A DNA stretch of 64,000 nt from positions 930,001 to 994,000 of the forward strand of contig NC_043010.1 in assembly GCF_006345805.1 (NCBI RefSeq). The letters run 5' to 3'. Below, piece after piece: positions 39,593-51,894 of the stretch. Every line of letters starts with the position of its first letter. The first letter of the stretch is position 1. A program made the position numbers and the translations under genes. Source of the stretch: Octopus sinensis. Taxonomy: Eukaryota. The notes under the pieces were generated by a model that saw only the letters and a program-made list of their open reading frames with translations, ran no database searches and was not told where the DNA came from.

Positions 39593-40401
39593 ACACAGAC
39601 ACAGACACATACACACACATCAACTTCCCTCTCTTCTTCCCTTCTGACTCAGACTCATATACCTATCCACCCGCCCACCCATCCACCCACCTTGTCCTTC
39701 CTTTTTTTTTCTAACTGTGTCTTCCTCCTTCGCCCCACCCCAAACACTTTACACTAATTAGCAAAAACCCATTGCACTATTGGTCAATATATGAAGGTCA
39801 TTACAACATTGACAACCAATTTCCATATGGCTGATTTTCAGATTGTGTAGGCTATAACAACAACAACAACAACAACAATATTAACAACATTAACAGCACC
39901 AGTAACAATATCAAGACCAATTATAATAATTTCTTTTGACAAGGAGCAAAGCCAATTATTGCCGTAATACTGAGAATATAGTCCCATGAATCAAACATCT
40001 GCCAATTTCAGGTACTCAATTGTACTGAGTTGATTAGTCAGTTTGATTTCAGTCCCTATGAAGTGTCTATAACCTCCTCCCTCCCCTCCCCACACTTTAT
40101 TCTTGATGGCACAGTCTACCTAACTGTAAATAGGCACCATGTAGAAGTGCATTAGAGTAAAGAGTGCTACAAGCAAAGGTATTCTCTGAAGATGGCAAAA
40201 CCAGCAGCTTTATTCTTTCTGGGTCCTGCAATAGCCTATTAGGCCAATATTAGCATGAACCCCAGTGGTTACAGAAGGGGCATGTAATAACAGAACTGGG
40301 ACCCTGTAGGATTCTGTCTTACCATCCAACCCTTCTGTGATTATATCTGATTGTGAGTGCTGTATTCCAGAGTATAGACATACATACATACACACACACA
40401 C

Positions 40402-40478
<77 letters not shown>

Positions 40479-40828
40479 AGTGTTTGTGAGGGCATTGTGG
40501 CCTTGTGGTTATGGTGTTACTCTCACAATCACAAGATCACGGTTTCACTTCCTTGACTGGGTGATGCATTGTGTTTTTGAGTGAAATACATCACCTGATG
40601 TGGTTCTGTGATTTCTTTGGCACCTGATATATGGTGCACTGTGTACCTGTTCAGGCAATGTTGATTTGATGGGAGGTGGGGAGTGAGTTGATGTACCGTT
40701 TATTCATTTTATCACAATAAACAAATCATTTGTGCACAACGTTCGGATTACAAGAGACTACCATCAAATCAATTGATATATTTAAACACCATGTGTTGAT
40801 TGAAAATAGGTATCATCATCCTACAAGT

Positions 40829-41100
40829 GTGGAGGCACATGGCCTAGTGGTTAGAGCAGCGGACTCACAGTCCAGGGATCGCGGGTTCGAATCTCAGACC
40901 GGACGATGTGTGTGTTTATGAGCAAAACACCTAAACTTCTGCTGACTCTTGTGTCACAACTTTCTCTAACTCTTTCCTCCTGCATCTTGCAGCTCACCTG
41001 CAATGGACCAGCGTTCCGTCCAGGTGGGGAACCTATACGCCAAGAAACCGGGAAACCAGCTCTTATGAGCCAGGCATGGCTCGAGAAGGAACAAACAAAA
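40829..41100 (+). mobile_element. tRNA-derived SINE, family E
   Basis: GTGGAGGCACATGGCCTAGTGGTTAGAGCAGCGGAC...GGGTTCGAATCTC; GAAACCGGGAAACCAG 3' part. Confidence 0.88.
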
Positions 41101-42487
41101 AAATATCATCTGGCTTGGAAAAAATTTGGTTGTTATTTCTGGCAAATTTGAGTGACCACATAAAGGCATTCACCTTAGCTTGCACATTACATTGAAGTAA
41201 AAGTGCTCCTGCCTCAACCATCCTGTTTTATGTTGTCTTATGACAGCAGAGTCTTATTTGAGGGAAAATATAAGTGCTATTTTAACAGGTCAAGCAAGAG
41301 GAGAGGTTATTTCAACCATGACCATCGCATCTGTTTTGAGACAGTAAGGGTGTCCAGCTAGGCAAATGGTAAAGAGGCTTTTCTAATTCAAGGGCCCTTG
41401 ATGTAACAAAAATACGATAAAGCACCAATTCCAATGGTGCATTCTAACCAATTCTGCAACTGCATCATCTTATCATCTGATAGTGATACTAATACTAATA
41501 CTAGCATGAAATAAATACCAAAAAAGAAAAGAAAAAAAGAAGCAATAAAGATAAAAGTAAAAAGACAGAGGAGAAGGGGGGAAGGTAAGGGAGGTAAGTA
41601 AGAAGGAAATGATGTCAGGCAGATTAAATGATGATTCCCTTTTCTCATGATTTATTCAGTTCTTGCCCTTTTATTTATTTGATTTTTATGGTTTTTTTTA
41701 TATATTTTATGTATTTATTTATTGGTCCTTTAGATCTGCACACAAAGTTCACAAGTTTCTGCAGAGAATTTTATTGTTTTTTTTATATATATATATATAT
41801 ATATACTTTATTTATTGTTATTTTTGTCGTTGTAGTTGTTGTTGTTACTGTCATTATCGTCATTTTTGTTGTAGTTGCTGATGTCTTTGTTGTTGTTGTT
41901 GTTGTTGGCTGGTCTCTCGAGGTGTGTTTAACACTGGACATTGGCTAAGCTTTCTGGTCAAATGGAATAAAAGAGGAGGAATTATTCAATAGGAAAAAAA
42001 AAGAAAAAGAGGGAAAAAAGAGAATGTCTACATGGCGTTGGACCTTTGCCAGCTTCCTTTAACTGTGAGTGAATGAGTGAGTGAATGAGTGAGTGAATGA
42101 GTGAGCCAGGGCCTCATTCATTCAGTTTCAGGCAAAGCACTTCATAACAACTTTATATATGTGTATATATATACATATATATATATATATTATATATATA
42201 TGTATATACATATGTATATATGTGTGTATATATACATATACATATATATATATATATAATAGAAATATTAAAATAACTAAGTCTCTCTAAAAGAGAACAG
42301 CGGCAGCGTTCCCGGAAAATAATAGTTATCGCCATACTAATATGGCATTCTTATAAAAATAAGAAAAAAGCTGTCCGCTTATTAGCTCCATGAGGCCATC
42401 GCCTTAAGTTAGCTATTTGATACACAAACTGTATCCATATAACCTTCGAACAAGGGAGGTCAGTCGCTCCACACTACTTGACCGGCA

Positions 42488-42529
42488 GCTACAGACGCGT
42501 TTCGGGGTATTGCCCCTTTTCAATGCAGC
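42488..42529 (-). ncRNA. Type I minimal hammerhead ribozyme, U3-A8 variant core (intact copy)
   Basis: Minus strand GCUGCA-UUGAAAA-GGGG(CAAUA)CCCC-GAAA-CGCG-UC^UGUAGC; predicted cleavage between 42494 and 42493. Confidence 0.8.
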
Positions 42530-42833
42530 GTAGCCAGCCAGTAGGTGTCGCTTCCGACAATCTCTGTTCGATGGTTTTATTTACCTAGCTAACTTAAGGC
42601 GATGGCCTCATGGAGCTAATAAGCGGACAGCTTTTTTCTTATTTTTATAAGAATGCCATATTAGTATGGCGATAACTATTATTTTCCGGGAACGCTGCCG
42701 CTGTTCTCTTTTAGAGAGACTTAGTTATTTTAATATTTCTATTATTGAAAACAAGTGGATGTATTCCACCGAAACTAGGTAAATAAAACCATTGAACAGA
42801 GATTGTCGGAAGCGACACCTACTGGCTGGCTAC

Positions 42834-42874
42834 GCTGCATTGAAAAGGGGCAATACCCCGAACGCGTCTGTAGC
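42834..42874 (+). ncRNA. Second copy of the same hammerhead, missing one A of GAAA
   Basis: GCTGCA-TTGAAAA-GGGG(CAATA)CCCC-GAA-CGCG-TC-TGTAGC. Confidence 0.7.
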
Positions 42875-43039
42875 TGCCGGTCAAGTAGTGTGGAGCGACT
42901 GACCTCCCTTGTTCGAAGGTTATATGGATACAGTTTGTGTATCAAATAGCTAACTTAAGGCGATGGCCTCATGGAGCTAATAAGCGGACAGCTTTTTTCT
43001 TATTTTTATAAGAATGCCATATTAGTATGGCGATAACTA

Positions 43040-43085
<46 letters not shown>

Positions 43086-43100
43086 TATTATTTATATATA

Positions 43101-43437
43101 TCATCATCATCATCATCATCGTTTAACGTCCGTTCTCCATGCTAGCATGGGTTGGACGGTTCGACCGGGGATCTGGGAACCCAGAAGGCTGCACCAGGCT
43201 CCAGTCTTATCTGGCAGTGTTTCTATAGCTGGATGCCCTTCCTAACGCCAACCACTCCGTGAGTGTAGTGGGTGCTTTTTACGTGCCACCTGCACAGGTG
43301 CCAGGCGAGGCTGGCAACGGCCACGGTCGGATTGGTGTATTTTATGTGCCACCGGCACGGAAGCCAGACGAGGCGGTGCTGGCATCGGCCACGAGTCGGA
43401 TGGTGCTTTTTATGTACCACCAGACCAGGGATCCTGG
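43101..43437 (-). mobile_element. Family C retroposon, well preserved
   Basis: (CAT)n CGTTTAACGTCCG...GCTGGATGCCCTTCCTAACGCCAACCACTCC with three internal repeats of about 60 bp. Confidence 0.85.
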
Positions 43438-43539
43438 CTGATATATATATATATATATATATATATGCATGTATATATATATTTATATGTATACATACAT
43501 AGACTCTCATACACAGTGTGTGTGTCTGTGTGTGCATTA

Positions 43540-43906
43540 TGGTTGTCAGATTCAATCCCACTGCATGGAACCTTGGTCGAGTGTCTTCTACTATAGCCCT
43601 GGGACAAACAAATGCTTTGTGAGTAGATCTGGTAGATGGAAACTGGAAGAAGTCCATCGTGTGTGTATATAAATATATACATACTTATATTTGTATGTGT
43701 GTGTATTTATATATATATATATATAATATATGAGAGGGAGAGAAAGATAGAGAGAGATTGAGAGATTTGAAAAATAGATAGAAATGACTTTCAAATATAT
43801 AATACTGTACCAAAGACTTTCTATTTCTAAATTCAACTATACACTCCCCCTCCCCAACACACACACATACACACGCACACACACGCACGCACACACACAC
43901 ACACAC

Positions 43907-43937
<31 letters not shown>

Positions 43938-44166
43938 TGCATGTGAGTCTTTGTGTTTATCCTCCTGCCACATGATAACCAGTATAAGATTTCGTTTATC
44001 TCCTCTGCAACTTAACAGTTCGGCAAAAGTGACCAATAGAATGGGTACCAGATTTAAAACAAAACAAAAAGATGATAAGTGCTGGAGTTGATTTGTTCAA
44101 CTAAACCCTTCAAGATCGTGCTCCAGCATGACCACAGTCCAATGACTAAAACAAAGCAAAAGATAA
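43540..44166 (+). mobile_element. SINE family A with expanded/inserted middle
   Basis: 5' half at 43540-43660, 3' half at 43945-44166. Confidence 0.7.
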
Positions 44167-44198
44167 AGGATATAAAACATGACATTTTCTATACTGAG

Positions 44199-44583
44199 TA
44201 CTCTTTTACTTGTTTCAGTCATTTGACTGTGGCCATGCTGGAGCATCGCGTTTAGTCGAGCAAATCAACCCCAGGACTTATTCTAAGTATTCTATCAGTC
44301 TCTTTTGCCGAACCACTAAGTTACAGTGACGTAAACACACCACCATCGGTTGTCAAGCAATGTTGGGGGGACAAACACAGACACACAAACATATACACAC
44401 ATACACACATATATATACATATATACGACGGGCTTCTTTCAGTTTCCGCCTACCAAATCCACTCACAATGCTTTGGTCAACCTGAGTCTATAGTAGAAGA
44501 CACTTGCCCAAAGTGCCATGTAGTGGGACTGAACCTGGAACTATGTGGTTGGTAAATAAGCTACTTACCACACGTCCACACCA
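44199..44583 (-). mobile_element. SINE family A
   Basis: Near full-length reverse copy. Confidence 0.9.
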
Positions 44584-44727
44584 ATGATGTTTTTTAATTT
44601 TCTATGCAAAGTGCCCCAATAACTTTCCATTTTCCAAGAAATATGTGTTAAGATGTTAAGTGCCTCAGCAATTTTTTTACTTTCCATAGAATCGGTGCCA
44701 GGCAATTTTTATTTCTTTTTACTTTCC

Positions 44728-45128
44728 AGGCATGGCTGTGTGGTAAGAAGCTTGCTTCTCAGCCACACGGTTCCAGGTTCAGTCTCACTATGTGGCGCCT
44801 TGTGCAAGTGTCTTCTACTGTAGCTTCGGGCTGACTAAAGCCTTGCAAGTGGATTTAGTAGATGGAAACTGAAAGAAGCCTGATGTGCGTACATATATGT
44901 GTGTATATATATCTATGTGTGTGTGTCTTAGTGCTTGCATTTGTTCTCCCAAATGCTGGTTTGTTTACATCACAGGGTCTTGATGGTTCGGTAAAAGAAA
45001 CCAATAGAATAAGAATCAGGCTTTAAAAAAGTAAGTATTGGGTTTGATTTATTTGACTAAACATTCTTCAAGGTGGTGCCCCAGCATGGCCACAGTCTAA
45101 TGACTGAAGCAAATAAAAGAAAAGACAA
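44728..45128 (+). mobile_element. SINE family A
   Basis: AGGCATGGCTGTGTGGTAAGAAG...TGACTGAAGCAAATAAAAG. Confidence 0.88.
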
Positions 45129-45839
45129 AGGGAAACTACTGTGTCTAGTATAACTGACCAATCAGTGACCAGCCATGCCACACACATCTGAAACCATAAA
45201 GAACTGTTAATATTATTGTTGCTGTTTAGCCCTTGGTTTCATTTTGATTGAGAAGCAGATCAAAGTCATTCCATTCACGACCATCCTTAATTGTTGATAA
45301 GAAACCACAATTATCTGAAGTCTTGCACCACAGTTATCTGATGCCAATGAAACCTATTTTAAAATGGTACGTTGTGAATTGAGGGAGATTTGGTTGCTAT
45401 TTCTAGTAGATAGAACAATCACACAAAGACTCTGCCATTATCATCATTCATTAACGAATCTGAGGTTGCCAGAAAAACTTTGTCTTCAAGAGCTTGTTTC
45501 CTTGGAGACGGCTTGCTGAAATAACGATAAGACTCTATAAAATCCATGCTGTCTACGGCTAATAAGAACCTACAGTTACATCCAACTATCATGTGAACAA
45601 AGATTTGATTGTGTAAGGACTGGCAGTTTTATTCCTTCGTACATGGCCTCCCCCCCACGTCCCCCCACGTCCCCCCTCCTCCACACTCTTTCATTATCTC
45701 TTTCTATGTTATATGTCCAGTCCAAGATTTACTGTATGGAAACAACAAAGTGGACACAAACAAACCATAGTGGATCAATAGAAGCTGTCATTTGTACTTT
45801 TTCTCAAAAGGAATTTTACAATATTTATAGGTGTAAGCA

Positions 45840-46250
45840 GTGGAGGCACGTGGCTTAGTGGTTAGGGTGTCAGCATCATGATCGTAAGATTGTGGTTTCG
45901 ATTCCTGGACCGGGCGACACATTGTGTTCTTGAGCAAAACACTTAATTTCACATTGCTCCAGTCCACTCAGCTGGCAAAATTGAGCACTGCTGCAATGGA
46001 CTGGCATCCTGTCCAGCTGGGGAACATATACACCATAGAAACCGGGAAACCAGGCCTTTTATCATTTGGCAACCAGTATTAATTTTTTAATGTCCTTGCA
46101 ACTTAGCAGATCAGCAAAAGAGACTGATAGAATGAGAACCAGACTTTAAAAAATAAGTACTTGATGACAGTTTGTTCAATGAAACCCTTCATGGTGGTGC
46201 ACCAGCATGGCCACGGTTCAATGACTGAAGCATGTACAAAGCAAAAGATA
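45840..46250 (+). mobile_element. Family E-related tRNA SINE (45840-46057) followed by the 3' half of SINE A
   Basis: GTGGAGGCACGTGGCTTAGTGGTTAG...GGTTTCGATTCC; GAAACCGGGAAACCAG; then GCAAAAGAGACTGATAG...CAGCATGGCCAC. Confidence 0.75.
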
Positions 46251-46360
46251 AAAAATACAAGCTCGTTTTTGGATTAATGTGTATTTTCAGTTAAATACCA
46301 AATCAAGTTTCTGTGCAAGTAGAATGACAGACAGACCCACAAACAGACAGGACAAGTGAT

Positions 46361-46423
<63 letters not shown>

Positions 46424-46551
46424 AGACAAATAGGTAGATAGATAAATTGATCGATAGACAGAGAGAGAGAGAGAGAGAAGTAGATAGACAGGGAGAAGGA
46501 GAAAGAGAGAGACAGTCAAATAGATTTTATATATATATATATATATATTTG

Positions 46552-46582
<31 letters not shown>

Positions 46583-46689
46583 TACTGATCCATGACAGAA
46601 AATTCAACAAAAAAGTATTCCATCTGGTGAGAAGTAAATATATAGATAGATAGAAAGGGATATAGCTAGATAGAGATAGAGAAGAAGAA

Positions 46690-46845
46690 GAAGAAGTGGA
46701 GACAGACAAATGGAGAGAGAGAGACAGAGAGACAGACAGATAGATAGACGGACAGATGGACAGACAGACAGACGGACAGATGGACAGTCAGACAGAGAGA
46801 TGGACAGACAGAAAGATAGATAGATGGATAGATAGATAGATAGAC

Positions 46846-46897
<52 letters not shown>

Positions 46898-47020
46898 TGA
46901 TAGATAGGTAGATAGATAGATAGATAGATAGATAGACAGAAAGATAGCGAGACAGTCAGACAGTCAGACAGACAGACAGTCAGACAGACAGACAGATAGT
47001 CAGATAGATAGATAGATAGA
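46690..47020. repeat. (GATA)n/(GACA)n microsatellite
   Basis: Direct reading. Confidence 0.95.
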
Positions 47021-47302
47021 TGAGCCAGCCAGCCACCCCATTGAGAATGGACATCTAGGCCTGCATGTATAAAAGGAGTATTGAAATCTGCACCATTGAT
47101 ACTCAGAAATCCTCATTATTGTCTCAGTAGTGTTGTTCATGCCTTTGTTGCTTCTGATGTTAATCTTATATGTGAGAGCAACAATAACAACAACAATAAG
47201 AGGACTCAATGGACAAAGAAACCTCCTTACACACATATACGGAAAAATGTAGGCAGAAATAATATGTATGGAAATTTATATATATATATATATATATATA
47301 TA

Positions 47303-47344
<42 letters not shown>

Positions 47345-47358
47345 TATATATATATATA

Positions 47359-47391
<33 letters not shown>

Positions 47392-47879
47392 GCATATGCA
47401 TGCCACCTACAGATGCACACACACAGAGTCTGAGGCCAACACTCACACACATGGAGCCAAAGATATATGTGTGTGTATATGTATATATATGTATAAATAT
47501 GTGTGAGTGTATATATATATGTATATATAGATACATACATAACATGCACACATGTATATATGTATGCACATATATGGACAGGGCCAACACTCACCTGGAT
47601 TCCCAAAATGTATATATATATCATCATCATCATCATCATCAAGATATAGATATAGATATATATATATACACATATACATATATATGTGCATACACATATA
47701 TGATAGATAGAGAGGTAGATAGATAAATAGACAGATATATAGATGCATATATGTATATGCTTATGTATTCATGTATAATATGTGTAATGTATGTGTGTAT
47801 GCATATGTCAGAGTGCGTATGCTTGTGTATGTACATTATGTGTATACATATATATATATATACACATATATATATATAC

Positions 47880-47932
<53 letters not shown>

Positions 47933-48183
47933 GTGTGTGTGTATGTGTGTATATATGTTTGTATGCATGAATGTATATGCAAGCATGTATATACATCTGT
48001 GTGTGTGTGTGTGTGCAGAGATACATACACATATATATACACACAAGCATACATGCAAACACCAAAAGGCAAAAACAGAAGACAGAAATTCATAAACACA
48101 CTCACACACACACGTGCAAAGACAAATAAAGAAACATGCACAAAAGAAGTGGTCATTTGTGCATGTTAAAAAGATACAGAGGC

Positions 48184-48356
48184 TGGTGTGGTCATAAAGA
48201 ACCATTTAATGGCATTGCACTGTTGTTTTGGACAACAAAAACCACCCCATCAATGGTGATTTTTCAGTTTCCTTTATGTTTTCTCTTCTCTCCTTCCTCT
48301 TTCTCCTCCTACTTCTCCCACTTTTATGTGCCCTCTCTCAGAGGATATATATATGT

Positions 48357-48389
<33 letters not shown>

Positions 48390-48791
48390 CAGCAGAGTAA
48401 CAAATGATACAAACAATAGCCTTTTGGTTTAGCTCAGCCCACTACAAACCAAGCTGGAGTTCCAATGTGGTTGTAAGGCAAATACTGACAAAGTTATGGG
48501 GCCCTGGGGAAATATCAGCCAGCCAACACTGGCTGAATATGGCTCCTTATATATTGCCCCTAACTTATCAGACACATACATGCTCAGATTAATTTGGTGT
48601 GAGTGTGTGTTTTATGAGTTACTTATGTTATCATGTGCATTTGTGTATGTGTCAATGGCAACACACATGCACAGATGCATGCAAACACATGTGTATATAT
48701 ATCACCAACATCATTATATATATGCACACATACATGTTTGCATGTTTTATTTACATATATGCACATACACACAACTATATTACACACACAC

Positions 48792-48829
<38 letters not shown>

Positions 48830-51432
48830 ATATATATACACACACATATATGTATATAAATGCATACACTTATGTACATGTGTGTATGAATATATATATA
48901 ATATATATATAGAATATATATATATATATACACACACACACAAACATATATGTATATATAAAATGCACAATACATTATTACATGTTTATATTATGCATAC
49001 ACGTATGTACATGTACATATATATATATATATACATACACATACATGCATGCATGTATGTGTATGTATATAATATTTGTTTATAAATATTTATAAATAGA
49101 TTTTAATGCTTGTATATACCATTATACATTCCTACTCATATATTTATATATACATACATGCCTGTGCATGCATGTACACACACACATACACTCACAGATG
49201 TACATAAAAACATAGTGAAAATGAGAGAGAGAGAGTTAGTTATTTGTGCATGTATTTAAATGCTCTTACATATAGGTATGCAAATACACACCCACACACA
49301 CACACCAGCTGCACCTACCTTCCACATCATAGGTACAAATTTTATAACATGCTTTTCCTCATAATTACCATATTTATATCAGCTCGTTTTGTTCTCCATG
49401 TATTGCACCAGTTTACTTTTCTTACTCGTTGCTTCTCCGTCTTCCTTGATTCTATGCTGTTGTGTATATATGTATCGCAATCATTGTTAGCTTCCAACTA
49501 TAAAAATCTCATTTTTCTATTATATACCAATAGCTAACATTGGCACAAGGCCCATACAGTTTGGAGAAGGTGCAGCCGGTTAAAGCTAACCTGGTACTTC
49601 AATGCTACTTTATTTTATCAACCTCAGAAAGATTAAAGTCAAAGTTTGACCTCGGTGGCATTTTCATCAATATCACTATTATTCTATACCAATCTCTATT
49701 TCTTTGTTGAATGGCAACTGTAAAAGAAAACATGCCAAAATTGGTTTCACATAAGTGTCTGATCTCTCCAAACCTGGAGTGCCTCCAAAATGCGGAATTC
49801 TTTCTCTTTTTCACTTCATTTTTTTATGAATTTCAAAGTATTCTGTTGACAAATATAAAACTATTCGTTTTAGTCATTTCTTCCAGTTAGACTAATATTT
49901 TAGTATCACTTAAATGTTATGCATGGCTGTGTGGTAAGTTGCTTGCTTCTCAACTACAGGGTTTTAGGTTCAGTCCCACTGCGTGGCACCTTGGGCAAGT
50001 GTCTTCTGCTATAACCTCAGGCCAACCAAAGCCTTGTGAGTGGATTTGGTAGAAGGAATCTGAAAGAAGCTTGTCGTATATATATTTATACATCTGTATA
50101 TGTGTGTGTGTGTTTGCCCCCTCCCCGCGTCATCTTTCTTCAACCAATACTAGAGTATGATAAAGAAGACTTGCTCTTCCTTCCATAGAAGAAAAAATTC
50201 AAATCGGACCATGTTAACACCAAAAATTATTTACATCAAAAAGGTGCTTTTTTTCTATGAAAATCTCTACTTTTTTACGATATTTTGTCTGCTGTGTCAC
50301 CATTTTTCGGTGTATTTCAACCAGAAAAATGTTCACTTAAAGAGAATAACAAGCTACATAATGCAAAATTTTTACTTTTCAAAAATTCCAATTCTAAAGG
50401 GCTGAAACAAACCTGAGCAACGCCGGCGATATTGCTAGTAAATATATATATATATATATGTATATATATGTGTGTGTGCGTGTCTTTTTACTTTTCTTGT
50501 CTCAGTCATTAGACTGTGGCCATGCTGGGGCACCACCTTGAAGAATTTTATTTAAATGAATTGATCCTAGAACATAATAACTCTTTAAAAAGCTTGGTAC
50601 TTATTCCATCAGTCTCTTTTGCCAAACAGCTAAGTTATGGGGATATAAGGAAACCAGCACCACTTTCCAAGTAATAGCTGGCAGGAGGGGACAGACAGTG
50701 ACCTAAAGACACACACGTGTATGCCCCCACACACACACGCACATGCACGTGCACACACACATACACACATGTATATATACAGCAGTGGCAACTCTGGCAC
50801 ACAGGTTGTTCAGGCTTAGCCTGAGGATAAATTTAGTAAAGTGAACCTGTATTTTTCAAGCTGATTTAATTTCTGCCAACGTTGTGACTTCAAGAATGTA
50901 ATTTCAGCCAATAACTTGGGCTTCTTTTATTGAGCCTGGTTGCAGTTTATTTATTTTCATTCAGCATCTGGTGATTGTTTTAGAGGGCCCCACGTCAAAA
51001 AATCTCATTCGTAGCACATGTCTCTTGACATCGTTCACACACTCCTGACTCAGGCTCAAGAAGTTACAGCCTGAGTTATCTTTAACCATAAAAATCAAAA
51101 GGATTCAAACTCAATGCTTTCTTGAGACAATAAATTTCTATAGAGATTAGGATTTAAATNNNNNNNNNNNNNNNNNNNNNNNNNNNNNNNNNNNNNNNNN
51201 NNNNNNNNNNNNNNNNNNNNNNNNNNNNNNNNNNNNNNNNNNNNNNNNNNNNNNNNNNNTGGTGTGGTCATAAAGAACCATTTAATGGCATTGCAACTGT
51301 TGTTTTGGACAACAAAAACCACCCCATCAATGGTGATTTTCAGTTTCCTTTATGTTTTCTCTTCTCTCCTTCCTCTTTCTCCTCCTACTTCTCCCACTTT
51401 TATGTGCCCTCTCTCAGAGGATATATATATGT

Positions 51433-51465
<33 letters not shown>

Positions 51466-51859
51466 CAGCAGAGTAACAAATGATACAAACAATAGCCTTT
51501 TGGTTTAGCTCAGCCCACTACAAACCAAGCTGGAGTTCCAATGTGGTTGTAAGGCAAATACTGACAAAGTTATGGGGCCCTGGGGAAATATCAGCCAGCC
51601 AACACTGGCTGAATATGGCTCCTTATATATTGCCCCTAACTTATCAGACACATACATGCTCAGATTAATTTGGTGTGAGTGTGTGTTTTATGAGTTACTT
51701 ATGTTATCATGTGCATTTGTGTATGTGTCAATGGCAACACACATGCACAGATGCATGCAAACACATGTGTATATATATCACCAACATCATTATATATATG
51801 CACACATACATGTTTGCATGTTTATATTTACATATATGCACATACACACAACTATATTT

Positions 51860-51894
<35 letters not shown>

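Larger units (their letters stand above)
42256..43045. mobile_element. Young non-autonomous PLE/retrozyme-like element: inverted copy (42256-42588, -) plus 1.27 tandem copies (42586-43045, +) of a unit of about 361 nt, in (TA)n
   Basis: TAGCTAACTTAAGG starts at 42586 and again at 42947 (period 361); 42256-42414 is the reverse complement of 42586-42745; 42415-42588 is the reverse complement of 42775-42946 with only about 2 differences; no long ORF. Confidence 0.9.

Noticed and set aside
42066-42125. (GTGAATGA)n followed by CTCATTCATTCA forming a 12-bp hairpin
   Set aside because: Low-complexity repeat; no independent support for function.
42330-42342. 13-nt match CGCCATACTAATA between the 42.3-kb and 57-kb elements
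   Set aside because: Opposite orientation relative to their hammerheads; probably coincidental.
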